Assembly (NCBI GenBank): GCA_965653565.1
Contig: CBFHAI010000019.1
Coordinates: 6,140 to 70,139, forward strand
Length of the DNA: 64,000 nucleotides
DNA from: an uncultured Chiayiivirga sp.
Lineage (GTDB): Bacteria > Pseudomonadota > Gammaproteobacteria > Xanthomonadales > Xanthomonadaceae
Direction: 5' to 3'
The notes beneath the pieces were generated by a model. The model was not told where the DNA came from, made no database searches, and worked only from the letters and a program-made list of their open reading frames with translations. Positions 48,126 through 57,629 of the stretch are shown here, in pieces. A program made the translations under genes and the position numbers. Position 1 is the stretch's first letter, and each line of letters opens with the position of its first letter.

Positions 48126-48392
48126 ATGTCGTCCAGACTCGTGATGCTCGCGCTGGCCAGCTCGCTGCTCGCACCGATCGCATCGGCCGGTGAAGCCGAC
48201 ATCTGCTACAGCGCGAACGTCCCGCTCGGCACCTCGGCACCGCCGACCAATGCCACCGTGTTCGCCTGCCCCACCGCCGGCAACCTGACCCTGCCGCAGC
48301 TGGCCGCCGCCGGCTGGCGCGTCGTGCAGCTCACGCCGGTCGTCACCTCCGGCTCCACGCAAGCCAACCAGCTCGTGATCCAACGCCCGTGA
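48126..48392 (+). CDS. small secreted Cys-containing protein, paralog A (88 aa)
   Basis: AGGAGG RBS 6 nt upstream. Signal peptide LVMLALASSLLAPIASA. Mature part ADICYS...PPTNATVFACPTAGNLTLPQLAAAGWRVVQLTP. Confidence 0.6.
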   Translation: MSSRLVMLALASSLLAPIASAGEADICYSANVPLGTSAPPTNATVFACPTAGNLTLPQLAAAGWRVVQLTPVVTSGSTQANQLVIQRP

Positions 48393-48691
48393 AGCACTGC
48401 CTCGCCGTGATGCTCGCCTGCTGCGCGGTGCCATCGATATCGCGCGCGGAAATCTGCTACTCCGATGCGCAGAACGCCGCCGCCGCCGTGCCGCCGACGT
48501 CGAGCACCTTCTTCAACTGCCCCGACGCCGGACGCAAGACCCTGACCGAACTGGCGCAAGCCGGCTTCGTCGTGATCAAACTCGCGCCGCTCATCGTCGG
48601 CCAGGCCGGACCGGAGCTGCAGTCGGCGCAACAACTGATCATCGAATTGCCGGCGCGTGTGTTCGCGAGTGGCTTCGAGTCCGGATCGTGA
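48389..48691 (+). CDS. small secreted Cys-containing protein, paralog B (100 aa), with FASGFESGS tail
   Basis: The GTG start overlaps the paralog A stop (GTGA). Same pattern as A: EICYS...PPTSSTFFNCPDAGRKTLTELAQAGFVVIKLAP. Confidence 0.55.
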   Translation: MKHCLAVMLACCAVPSISRAEICYSDAQNAAAAVPPTSSTFFNCPDAGRKTLTELAQAGFVVIKLAPLIVGQAGPELQSAQQLIIELPARVFASGFESGS

Positions 48692-48795
48692 ATCCGGCAG
48701 CCGCATCGGCGCGCCGATGGTGAACGCATCCGTCTGCGCTCTTTGCGGCGCAGACGATGTCGCGCAGTTCGTTGTTTGCAGAATCCGGCGTGGAG

Positions 48796-49008
48796 TTAGG
48801 TAACGAACAAGTCGAAGATATTGCTCAACGCCCGCTTGTCGGCCTTGAAGAATTCGGTATGACGGCAACGCACGCAAGTCACACTCGTGAAGCGGCTGCC
48901 CTCCACATCGAACACCTTCGCCAGCACACTGCCGGCCACATGCATTTCGCCGAGCTCGCAGGCGGTGTGTTTGCAGCGCAAACAGCTGAAGTTGGTTAGC
49001 TCGGCCAT
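48796..49008 (-). CDS. zinc-ribbon protein (70 aa)
   Basis: Two CxxC pairs (CLRCKH...CVRCRH) in the pattern of small Zn-ribbon, DUF2082-like proteins. Confidence 0.6.
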   Translation of the reverse strand: MAELTNFSCLRCKHTACELGEMHVAGSVLAKVFDVEGSRFTSVTCVRCRHTEFFKADKRALSNIFDLFVT

Positions 49009-49101
49009 GGTTTGTCCTCCAGCGAAGCTACGATTCTAGCTACGGCACGAGGAGAAATGTATTCGGAACGAGTCAGGTGCAGGCGCAATGCAGCACGCGC
49101 A

Positions 49102-50388
49102 TCAACCGACGATGTTCTGCGCGATGTCGCGTTCGCGATGCTCGAAGGCATCGACGAACTGGTCGAGCTCGCGATGGCTCATGCCGATGGAATGTCCGAC
49201 CTGACGCCAACGGCTGGTTGCGCGCTCAACCTCGGCCAGTATTCGAATGGCGGCGCCACGGTCGATGCGGAAATACGGCGCGACTGACATCAAGGCCCCG
49301 ATCGATGCCTCCGGCCCGGCGTCCTCCGAGATCCAGGTTTTCAGTTCGCGGGCGCGCTCGGGAAATGGATTGACGTCGAAGGCTGGCGCCAGCGTCCATT
49401 GCCCTCGTTGGCGGTGCAGGAATCCGTGGTTGTGGAGGTGATCATCTACGTTGGTGATGAGAATCGAGAAGGCGATGCGTCGCCACAATTCTTCGATGTC
49501 GGCTTGGGTCCGGGCGCCTACCTGCCGCAGGACCTCGACGATTTCCGTGTAGCTATGTTCACTTCCGTCCGCGGTGTCTACGCCGAGCATGGTTGCCGCG
49601 GAGACGTACATCAAACGACCGCCGTCGTCCGGCCGATCGAATCGACGGATCAGTGCGACCGGACTGCCATCGCTGTCCACCAACCTGGCCTCGGCGGCAT
49701 CGATGCCGGCGTCCCGCGCCAACAGGAGGGCCAGCACTTCTCCCTTGGTCACGGCGCGGTCGTCTTGCACGCTGGGGAATTTGCCGAGGGACAATCGGCC
49801 GTCCTCATCGATTACGGTACATTTCGGGCGCAAGCCTCCCAGGCTGGTACCGCGGCCGCGCAGGTAGGCCAGGTCGTCCGCGGTTTCGGTGTGCTGCTCC
49901 ACCGCCCGCGATGCGGAACGCAACATGCCCAACTCGATCAGTGGCGGCGCGGTGCGTCTTGCAGGATCCGACGCTCGTTGAAAACATCCGCTCTCATCGC
50001 GGAAGCGCAATGCGCCGACGCGACTGGTGTCGTCGACCGCCAAGAGCAGATCAACGTGATTCAATGCGTGCGCTTCGACGACCGCACCGGTCTGCCTGGC
50101 CTGTTGGCGTTGCTTCGCATGGTCGCGCAGGATGACCTTGCGTCCCCAGCCATCGGGCTCGGTGTCCGCGATCGCGCCATGGAATAGCGAACCATCGCGC
50201 CCTTGCTGGTGGAACTGCATGCCGGAAACCAGGGGCAGCCCCGGTTCGAGCGCGAAACGATCTTCGGCAGCCAACCAATCCGGGTGATATTCGAAACCCG
50301 CACTCTGACGTGCGCCCTGAACTTCGAATCGGAGCGTGCCGACCTGGCGCGTGGATTCGCCGAGAAAAACATCGAGCACCCGTTTCAT
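49102..50388 (-). CDS. hipA: type II toxin-antitoxin system HipA-family kinase toxin
   Basis: N-terminal coupling domain (VGTLRFEVQG...FEYHPDWL) and kinase core (SLGGLRPKC...NVDDHLHNHGFL). Confidence 0.85.
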   Translation of the reverse strand: MKRVLDVFLGESTRQVGTLRFEVQGARQSAGFEYHPDWLAAEDRFALEPGLPLVSGMQFHQQGRDGSLFHGAIADTEPDGWGRKVILRDHAKQRQQARQTGAVVEAHALNHVDLLLAVDDTSRVGALRFRDESGCFQRASDPARRTAPPLIELGMLRSASRAVEQHTETADDLAYLRGRGTSLGGLRPKCTVIDEDGRLSLGKFPSVQDDRAVTKGEVLALLLARDAGIDAAEARLVDSDGSPVALIRRFDRPDDGGRLMYVSAATMLGVDTADGSEHSYTEIVEVLRQVGARTQADIEELWRRIAFSILITNVDDHLHNHGFLHRQRGQWTLAPAFDVNPFPERARELKTWISEDAGPEASIGALMSVAPYFRIDRGAAIRILAEVERATSRWRQVGHSIGMSHRELDQFVDAFEHRERDIAQNIVG

Positions 50389-50714
50389 AGCGGCTTGGCT
50401 TTCTTCGGCCGTACCCGTTGCGGCAGGCGACTGCTGTCCATCAGCATTCCGGTTTCATCGCTGCGGCTGTCCGCGATCTCGGCCAGGCCGTTGGAGAATC
50501 CGAGCGTGAACAAGGTCATTGCGTACACCCCCATGGACACGCTGGGGTCGCCTTTCTCGACCTTCAGGTAGGTCGCCTTCGAGACGCCGACGCGTTCGAC
50601 CATCATTTCGACGGTCAGACTGCGTTTTCGGCGCGCGTCCCTGAGGTCCTTGCCAAGCTTGGCAAGGGCACGCCGGACCCGGGGAGGGAGGATGTCAGTG
50701 ACGGGAGATCGCAT
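50385..50714 (-). CDS. hipB: HipB-like XRE-family antitoxin
   Basis: HTH LKDLRDARRKRSLTVEMMVERVGVSKATYLKVEKGDPSVSMG. The stop overlaps the hipA start (ATGA). Confidence 0.8.
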   Translation of the reverse strand: MRSPVTDILPPRVRRALAKLGKDLRDARRKRSLTVEMMVERVGVSKATYLKVEKGDPSVSMGVYAMTLFTLGFSNGLAEIADSRSDETGMLMDSSRLPQRVRPKKAKPL

Positions 50715-50735
50715 AAATAAGGCCTCATAAAATAG

Positions 50736-50754
50736 CCCTTAAGCTTGTTAAGGG
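50736..50754. promoter_or_regulatory. palindrome upstream of hipB (candidate HipB operator)
   Basis: cccttaa-gcttg-ttaaggg: perfect 7-bp arms with a 5-nt spacer, 22 nt upstream of the hipB start, in an A+T-richer stretch. Confidence 0.35.
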
Positions 50755-50901
50755 ATAGATTATTAGTCCTTATCCGCCTGGGGCGGAGACATGTCAAGTC
50801 CGATCAAGCCCCGGTGGGCAGCAGGCATGTCGGCGCCGGGCCGCTGAACACCCGCAGTAGCGCGCCGTGCAATCCGCCTCCTGCCTTTCGGCGATGCACC
50901 T

Positions 50902-51108
50902 GCCGCCACCCGCTCGCCGAGCAGCGCACTCGACAGTCGGGAGTGCGGAACGAAAGGAAGACGAGCGCGGAACGTTCGGGGCTCGCATCGCGCGCGCCGC
51001 CATCTATCGGAACTACATCAGATCGCGAGTGAGCGAGTGAGGATCATCGCGCGCGTATCGATGGCATGGAGTCGATTCGAGGCAAGGGCCGGTAAGTTGC
51101 TCTGACCC
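50902..51108 (+). repeat. degraded copy of a roughly 0.28 kb element (copy 1), homologous to 61568-61850
   Basis: Hand alignment shows shared blocks CGCCACCCGCTCGCCGAG, GGAGTGCGGA, GAAAGGAAGACG, AACGTTCG, GGCTCGCATC, GAACT.CATCAGATCGCGA and the terminal GTAAGTTGCTCTGACCCC. Relative to copy 2, copy 1 lacks the ATG, about 76 nt, and frame continuity. Confidence 0.75.
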
Positions 51109-51259
51109 CAAGCGATCCGTCGCGCTTGTCCACCCTTTTGCCGGGGTTCGTATCAGGTAGCACTGGCATTCGCCATCGCGAGGTAACGCGTTCTCCCTAC
51201 CCGCCGTTCGCACTCCTGCATGGAAAACGATCGCCCATCACCGAATCGGAGGTCCGCGC

Positions 51260-52051
51260 ATGCGCCTGTTTATCGCCGCACTCGTCTTGTCACTCGCCAG
51301 CCCCGGCGCCTCGGCCCGGATGTACCTGCAGGGCAAGGATTCCTTTGCTCGCTGCAAACCGTGTTCCGAGATCGCCAACATCACCTTCGCCTACAACAAG
51401 GTTGGAGCTCTCAACTGCGCCTACGGCTGTACGACGTCTTGCAGCGCGATTCCGAAAGCGACGAATGACTCTTCCGAACGTGCCTCCGCTCAGGACGATC
51501 CCTTGCGCGGACTGGATCCCCTGTCGCTTGCGCCGAGCGCCGCATGCCCGGGGAAGGACGTCCCAAGGTTGCTGCTCAACTACTATGCATTCGATATTGA
51601 CGACGCGCAGATTCGTGCGATAGCAAAGGTATCTCCCCCGGCTGCATGGTTCGTGGCCGTGCTGCGCGACCAACCGGAAATCCCGCCGGTAGCCCTCGAG
51701 GAAGGCGAGACGATCGATGAATCCATCGTCACCGCCGAGAACATCGATCTGCTCCTCGAGGGCTTGGACGACGACGTCAGTCATGCCGCAGTGTCCCCGC
51801 CCCTCGAAGGCGACGTCTCGTTCGTGACCAACACGCGCGTGCATCGCCTACCCAACGGCCGTCGCGTGTTCGTCGTGGAATCTCGCGTCCTGGACCACCC
51901 GACCGGCGCGACGCTGGCGACGCCGTATCCGCGTTTCGCGGTCGAGATCGAGCAAATCGCGAACCAGACCCGCAAGGTGGGCGGCGCGGAAGGCAGCGAT
52001 GCCACGCTGTGGCGTGTGGTGTCGTGGGGCAGTCCCGAGCGCTACTTCTGA
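51260..52051 (+). CDS. secreted hypothetical protein (263 aa, Cys-rich N-terminal part)
   Basis: GGAGG RBS. Signal peptide LFIAALVLSLASPGASA. No family recognised. Convergent with the adhesin gene. Confidence 0.5.
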   Translation: MRLFIAALVLSLASPGASARMYLQGKDSFARCKPCSEIANITFAYNKVGALNCAYGCTTSCSAIPKATNDSSERASAQDDPLRGLDPLSLAPSAACPGKDVPRLLLNYYAFDIDDAQIRAIAKVSPPAAWFVAVLRDQPEIPPVALEEGETIDESIVTAENIDLLLEGLDDDVSHAAVSPPLEGDVSFVTNTRVHRLPNGRRVFVVESRVLDHPTGATLATPYPRFAVEIEQIANQTRKVGGAEGSDATLWRVVSWGSPERYF

Positions 52052-52139
52052 TTGAAGGCGCTGCTTCTCGCCTTCTGTGCCACTGCCCCGCGGCCTTTCG
52101 CCGTTGCAGGCGAAAGGCCGCGGGGTCCATTGCAGGCAG

Positions 52140-55100
52140 TCAGCCGCGGCGCAGTGCGCGGCCCGCCAGCAGCAGCATCAAGGCCGCCAGCATGACGAGC
52201 AGTTGATTGCTGCTCGCCGGGATCACGGCCGGCGCGCTCGGGCCCACGCCGGACCCGACCACGGTGCTCGCCGACGACGACGTGTCGCCCGGAGTCGGGT
52301 CCTGGCTGTCCGATACCACCGAGGCGATGTTGATGATCGTCGTGGGCCCGCTATACCCAGGCGGGACGAGGAACGTCGACTGCACCGTGCGCGTCTGGTT
52401 GACCGCCAGATCGCCGAGCGCACACGGGAAGGCCGTCGTGCAATCGCCGGCATTCGACACGAACTGCAAGCCCGCGGGTGTCGGATCGGTGAGCACCGTG
52501 TTCACCGCGGTGTGCGGGCCGAGGTTGCGCACGACGATGGTGAAGGTGACCGGCGCACCGACGGTTCCGTTCGCGGGGCCGCTCTTCTGGATCGTGAGAT
52601 CGGCGATCACCCCGCCCAGCGGCGTGCCGGCGTCGTCGCTGTCGGTGACGGGGTTGCCGCCGGGCGCGTTCGCCCTCGCGGCGGCGACGTTGGTCAGCAC
52701 GCCGCCCGCGCCGGCTTCGGCCAGCGTGATCGTGTGGCTGTAGGGATTGCAGGTCGCGGTCTGATTCGGCGCCAGCGTCGTCGGTGCGCATGTCAGTGCC
52801 ACGGCTGTCGCACCGGCCAGGCTGTCGCTCACCGCGAGCGCACTCAGCGTCACGTTGCCGACGTTGCGCACGGTCACCGCGTAGGCGATGGTTTCGTCGA
52901 CATCGCCGGTGCCGTTGCCGTTGCCGTCGTTCAACGTCGCCAGCTTGACCACTTCCAGCGCCGGCTGCGGCGCGATCGTCGTGATCTCTTCGTCGGTGCC
53001 GGTGACCGGCGGCGTGCCGATCGGGCCCGGTGGCGTGCCGGTCGCCGTCGCGGCATTGGTGACGTTGCCGGCATCGACGTTGGCCTGCGTCACCGTGTAG
53101 TTGCCGGTGCAGGTGATCGACGCGCCCGCCGCGAGCGTGGCCGGCACCGCCGGTGCGCAGCTCAGGCCCGCGATCAGCGAGTCGGTGACGCCGACGCTGC
53201 CAAGCGTGACGTTGCCGGTATTGGTGGCGACGATCTGGTAGCTGAGCACCGTTCCGGCAACGATCGGCGCGGTCGCATCGGTGCGCGTCTTCACCACCGT
53301 GATCGCGGGGCCGGGCTGCGGTCCGGTCGCGACGGCTTCGTCGCTATCCTGCACCGGGCCGCCGCTCGGCGGTGTGGCCGTGACCGTCGCGGTGTTGGTG
53401 ACCGTCCCGCTGTCGACGTCGCCAGCGGTGACGGCATAGGTTCCCGTGCACACGAGATTCGCGCCCGGAGCCAGCGTGGCCGGCTGCGCCGGCGCGCAGG
53501 TCAGCGCAGCGAGCAAGGGATCGGCGATGCTCACGTTCGAGAGCGTCACGTTGCCCGTGTTGGTAGCGGTCAGCTGGTAGTCGATGCTGTCGCCCACCGC
53601 AACATAGGCGGCGCCGGCGGTGATTTCCTTCAGCAACTCGATGGCCGGTGCCGGCGGAGAGATCGGCGTGCTCGTGGTGTCGGACTCTTCCAGCGGCGGC
53701 AACGTCGGGTTCATCGGATCCGGATCGGTCGGATCCGGCGCCGTCGCCGTGGCGGTGTTGATGAGGGCCACGCCGGCGTCGACGTCGGACTGCGTCACGG
53801 TGTAGCTGCCGGTGCAGGTGAGCGACGCGCCGATCGCCAGGTTCGCCGGCTGCGCCGGCGTGCAGGCGAGCGTCGGCAAGCGGGGATCGGCGATCGCGAC
53901 GCCGCTCAGTGCGATGTTGCCGGTGTTCGTGGCGGTGAGCGCGTAGTCGATGGTTTCGTTGGCGTCGGCGGCGGCGTTGCCGTTGCCGTCGTTGAGCGTC
54001 GCGCCCTTGACCAGTGCCAGTTGCGGCACGACCGGCACCGGCGTCTCCACGCAGCCGCTGCTCGGACACGACGGCACGATTCCGCCGGTCGGGTAGGCCA
54101 GATTCACCACGCGCGTCGCAGCGGCCGGCAAGGGATCGACCACTTGCACCGTCACCATGAGCACCAGGCTGCCGGCCGCCGGCACCGTCAGTCCGGTCCA
54201 CGTGACCACGCCCGCCGCATGCGCGCCGCCGGTGTCCGCGCTGACGAAGATGACGTTCGCGTCCAGTGCGTCGGTGACCGAGTAGCCGGTCGCGGCGACG
54301 CCGCCGCTGTTGCTCAGCGTGATCGAATAAGTCAGCGTTTCGCCGGGCGAGGCGATGCCGTTCGCGGGCGCATTGCCTTCGCCGGACAGCGTCTTCGTCA
54401 GGCGCACGTTGGACGCGAGCGGATGGGTCGTGCTGCAGTCGCTGCAGCTCGGATCCGGATCGCCGCCGTCGTTGCTCGGATCGATCGCGACGTTGTTGCC
54501 GACCGAGCCGCTGGCCGAGGCGAGAACGTCGGCGCTGTAGGAGACCGAATAGGTTCCGACCGCGCGGCCCGCCGGCAAGGTGAAGCTGCGCACGTTGCCG
54601 GCACCGCCGAGCACGAAGCCATCGCCGTTGGCCACGAGCTGGAAGTTGCCGAGTTGCGCGTCGAGCGTATCGGTGAGCACCAGCGCGGCCGTGGTCGGGG
54701 CGCCGGTGACGGCGACCGACAGCGTGTAGGTGATGGTGTCGCCTGCGGCGACCTGCGCACCATCGGCGGGATTGGCCGACTTGTTCACCGACACTTGCGG
54801 CGCGGCGATCGTGGTGACGACGGGCGGCGTGTCGCAGTCGGTGGCCGCCACGCAATCGGGATCGCCGCCGCCGGTCACGCCGGCGGTGTTGCTCACGCTC
54901 GCACCGGCGGCGACGGTCGGCGTCACGTTGATGGTGATCGCGACCGACTCGCCGATCTGCAGATCGCCCTGCGCGATCGAGCACGTGACAACCTGCGCCG
55001 CGATCGTGCAACCGGGCCCGGCACTGTTGATCGTGAGTCCAGCCGGGACGGTGTCGCTGACCGTCGCGTTTGCCGTCGCGTCGGCGGTACCCTCGTTGGT

Positions 55101-57629
55101 GACCGTCACGGTGTAGTCGTACGCGACGCCGACCACAGCAGTGGCCGGACCGGTCTTGGCGATCGTCAGATCGGGTGCGTTGACCGGATGCGTCGTGCTG
55201 CAGCTCGGGCTGCAACTCGGGGGATTCTCACCGCCGCCGCCCGAAGGCAGCACGCTGTTGCTGACGCTGACCGTTGCCGTGGCCGCCACCGTCGCCGAGT
55301 AGGTCACCGAATACGTGCCCGTCGCGGTGCCGGCAGGCAGCGTGCAGGTCAGCGTGCCGCTGCAGTTGAAGGCGGGGCTGGCGCTGACCACGGTGCCGAA
55401 AGTCAGCGAAGCGCTCAGCGTGTCCTGCAGCGTGAACGTGGCCGACAACGGTGCGTTCGCGATCGCGACGCTCACGGTGTATTCGATGCTGTCGCCGATA
55501 TCGACCGCGGTGCCGCTGGCCGGGTTGGCGCTCTTCGCCACCGTGATGATCGGCCGCGCAACGACCGTCTGCGCGCTGGCGCTGTTCGGCGCGACGTCGT
55601 TGTTCTCGTTGGCTGCGGCAATGCTGGTGGTGATCGGAATCGGTCCCGGATTCGCCACGGCCACCACATAGTTGAAGTTGAAGCTCAGCCACTGCTCCGG
55701 CGCGAGCGTGGTCGGCATGCCGGTGAAGGTGATCGTGCAGACCGGCGCCGGGTTGTAGTTGGCGGTCACCCCGGGCGGCAGCAAAGTGAAGTTCACCGAG
55801 GCAGGACAGGTCGCCGGCACGCCCGGGTTGCCGAGCGTGACCGCGTAGGTGACACCGGTGGCCGCCGTATCGCCGGCATTGCCGAAGACGAAGCTGCCGT
55901 AGGCCGTCTCGCCGGCCAGCACGCTGGGCGTGACGCTGACCTGCGTGCCGACGTCCACGCCGACGGTCGGAGGGACGATCACGATCGGTTCTTCGAGCAC
56001 CGGAGAGCGTTCCAGCGCCCACAGGTCCAGGCCCTTGGCCGTGCCGAAATATTCGGTCACGCGGTCGCGGCAGTCGCTGTTGTCGTCGGCCGAGCCGGTC
56101 CACGAACGGAAGTAGTTGCCGGAACCGGCGAGGTTGTCGTCGGCCGAATCCACGCCGATCAGTGAGTGGGTCGGCACCGGTTGCGTCACCAGGCTGGCGG
56201 CGCCGCACAGGTGCCCGTCGAGCGTGCCGATGGTCGTGTTGTTCGCGGCGCGGTAGCCGCGGTCGTCGTAGTAGACCGTCGTGGTGTCGAGCGCGAAGCC
56301 ATTGAGCTTGGTCAACGTCGGCCCGCCTTCGAGGTTGGCTTCGACGTCGATCATCGGGAAGTGGATTTCGCCGTTGCGCCCGACGATGCGGAAATCGTAG
56401 CTGCCGGCCGGGAACGGGTTGCCGCTGTTGTCCAGCCCGTCCCACAGTACCGTGTGATTGCCGCTGAGCGCGGTGCCGGTGAGCACACGATTGAGCGCGT
56501 TGGCCGGATCGTAGTCGACGCCGTCGCGGCTGACGACGATCTCGTAGGTCAGCGTATTGAGCGTGTTGAAGGTGAACACGCCGCCGGCCGCTTCGGTCGA
56601 GGTGTTGCCGCCGACGTTGCCGACGAAACTCGGGTTGCTCAACTGCGGCTGCGCGGGCACCAGCGGGATGGCGAGCGCCGCGAGCACGCGCGCCACTTCC
56701 GCCGCGTTCGGGCCGGACGGCGAAACATCGCTGAAGAAGATCGGGTATTGCGGGCGCTGCGCCGTGATGCCGGCGGTGAAGGACGGCCCGAGGGTGACGG
56801 CCGCATTGCTGCCGCGAAGATCGCGATAGAGCGGTCCGCCGTCGGAGTCGAGGAATCCGGCGGCGTTGGCGTAGAACGCGGCGCGATTCGGATCGAGTCC
56901 GCGGAAGGTCTGCTTGTAGCGGTAGCCGTCGCTCGAGACGTAGTACAGATCGTTGTAGAGCCGGCGGCCGTTGGAGTTCAGATACACGGTCCACGCATAG
57001 GTGAACACGCGGCCGTCGATGTCGGCCAGCGAGTCGGCGCTGGCGCGCACGGTGATGTCCCAGGCCGCGACCAGTTCGCCGCCGAGGATCGGCGGCGTGG
57101 CTATCGACGCCGAGTTGACCTGGGCGCCGCTGGTGGCGCCGCTGAATCGCACGCCATAGGTGCCGGTGGTGGGTGCGACGTACCAGCACGGCGTGAAGCC
57201 GTCGGTCACCGTGGCGGTGCCGTCGGCGCTGTTGGGGCCGGCCAGTTCCTGCGCGCGGCTGGCGATCGTGCCGCCGGCCTGCGAGCTGCAGGTGAAGTCG
57301 GCCGTGCCCGGAATCGTCTCGTCGCCGGGGGTGCCGAACGACTGCGGGTTGTACACGAAGATGTCGCCGCCGTTGCTGCGGTTGCGCGAGCCCAGCAGGA
57401 TGTACTCGCCGGCGCGCGCATAGACGTAGAGAAACTGGCGGCCGCGCGCCACGTTCGCGAAGTTCGAGCTGTTGCTGACGTCCATCACGCCGCGGTTGCC
57501 GAGTGCAGCGGCCGGATGCAGCGTCCGCGTGCCTTCGGCACTCGCGGGCTGCGGACAGGCCACCGCCAGCAGGAGGATCGACGCGGCGAAGCGCATCGAC
57601 CGGCGGATGGGACGCGACAGGGATTTCAT
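52140..57629 (-). CDS. giant surface adhesin-like protein: unique N-domain, many DUF11/TIGR01451-type repeats, IPTL-CTERM-like sorting tail
   Basis: The ATG at 57629 has GGAG 7 nt upstream and gives MKSLSRPIRRSMRFAASILLLAVACPQPASA. Reiterated modules follow (TATNTGNV.LS.V...D.....L.C.P..PA.LA.GA...CTG.Y.VT..DVD.G.V.N.A). The C-terminus is VIPASSNQLLVMLAALMLLLAGRALRRG. Confidence 0.8.
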   Translation of the reverse strand: MKSLSRPIRRSMRFAASILLLAVACPQPASAEGTRTLHPAAALGNRGVMDVSNSSNFANVARGRQFLYVYARAGEYILLGSRNRSNGGDIFVYNPQSFGTPGDETIPGTADFTCSSQAGGTIASRAQELAGPNSADGTATVTDGFTPCWYVAPTTGTYGVRFSGATSGAQVNSASIATPPILGGELVAAWDITVRASADSLADIDGRVFTYAWTVYLNSNGRRLYNDLYYVSSDGYRYKQTFRGLDPNRAAFYANAAGFLDSDGGPLYRDLRGSNAAVTLGPSFTAGITAQRPQYPIFFSDVSPSGPNAAEVARVLAALAIPLVPAQPQLSNPSFVGNVGGNTSTEAAGGVFTFNTLNTLTYEIVVSRDGVDYDPANALNRVLTGTALSGNHTVLWDGLDNSGNPFPAGSYDFRIVGRNGEIHFPMIDVEANLEGGPTLTKLNGFALDTTTVYYDDRGYRAANNTTIGTLDGHLCGAASLVTQPVPTHSLIGVDSADDNLAGSGNYFRSWTGSADDNSDCRDRVTEYFGTAKGLDLWALERSPVLEEPIVIVPPTVGVDVGTQVSVTPSVLAGETAYGSFVFGNAGDTAATGVTYAVTLGNPGVPATCPASVNFTLLPPGVTANYNPAPVCTITFTGMPTTLAPEQWLSFNFNYVVAVANPGPIPITTSIAAANENNDVAPNSASAQTVVARPIITVAKSANPASGTAVDIGDSIEYTVSVAIANAPLSATFTLQDTLSASLTFGTVVSASPAFNCSGTLTCTLPAGTATGTYSVTYSATVAATATVSVSNSVLPSGGGGENPPSCSPSCSTTHPVNAPDLTIAKTGPATAVVGVAYDYTVTVTNEGTADATANATVSDTVPAGLTINSAGPGCTIAAQVVTCSIAQGDLQIGESVAITINVTPTVAAGASVSNTAGVTGGGDPDCVAATDCDTPPVVTTIAAPQVSVNKSANPADGAQVAAGDTITYTLSVAVTGAPTTAALVLTDTLDAQLGNFQLVANGDGFVLGGAGNVRSFTLPAGRAVGTYSVSYSADVLASASGSVGNNVAIDPSNDGGDPDPSCSDCSTTHPLASNVRLTKTLSGEGNAPANGIASPGETLTYSITLSNSGGVAATGYSVTDALDANVIFVSADTGGAHAAGVVTWTGLTVPAAGSLVLMVTVQVVDPLPAAATRVVNLAYPTGGIVPSCPSSGCVETPVPVVPQLALVKGATLNDGNGNAAADANETIDYALTATNTGNIALSGVAIADPRLPTLACTPAQPANLAIGASLTCTGSYTVTQSDVDAGVALINTATATAPDPTDPDPMNPTLPPLEESDTTSTPISPPAPAIELLKEITAGAAYVAVGDSIDYQLTATNTGNVTLSNVSIADPLLAALTCAPAQPATLAPGANLVCTGTYAVTAGDVDSGTVTNTATVTATPPSGGPVQDSDEAVATGPQPGPAITVVKTRTDATAPIVAGTVLSYQIVATNTGNVTLGSVGVTDSLIAGLSCAPAVPATLAAGASITCTGNYTVTQANVDAGNVTNAATATGTPPGPIGTPPVTGTDEEITTIAPQPALEVVKLATLNDGNGNGTGDVDETIAYAVTVRNVGNVTLSALAVSDSLAGATAVALTCAPTTLAPNQTATCNPYSHTITLAEAGAGGVLTNVAAARANAPGGNPVTDSDDAGTPLGGVIADLTIQKSGPANGTVGAPVTFTIVVRNLGPHTAVNTVLTDPTPAGLQFVSNAGDCTTAFPCALGDLAVNQTRTVQSTFLVPPGYSGPTTIINIASVVSDSQDPTPGDTSSSASTVVGSGVGPSAPAVIPASSNQLLVMLAALMLLLAGRALRRG

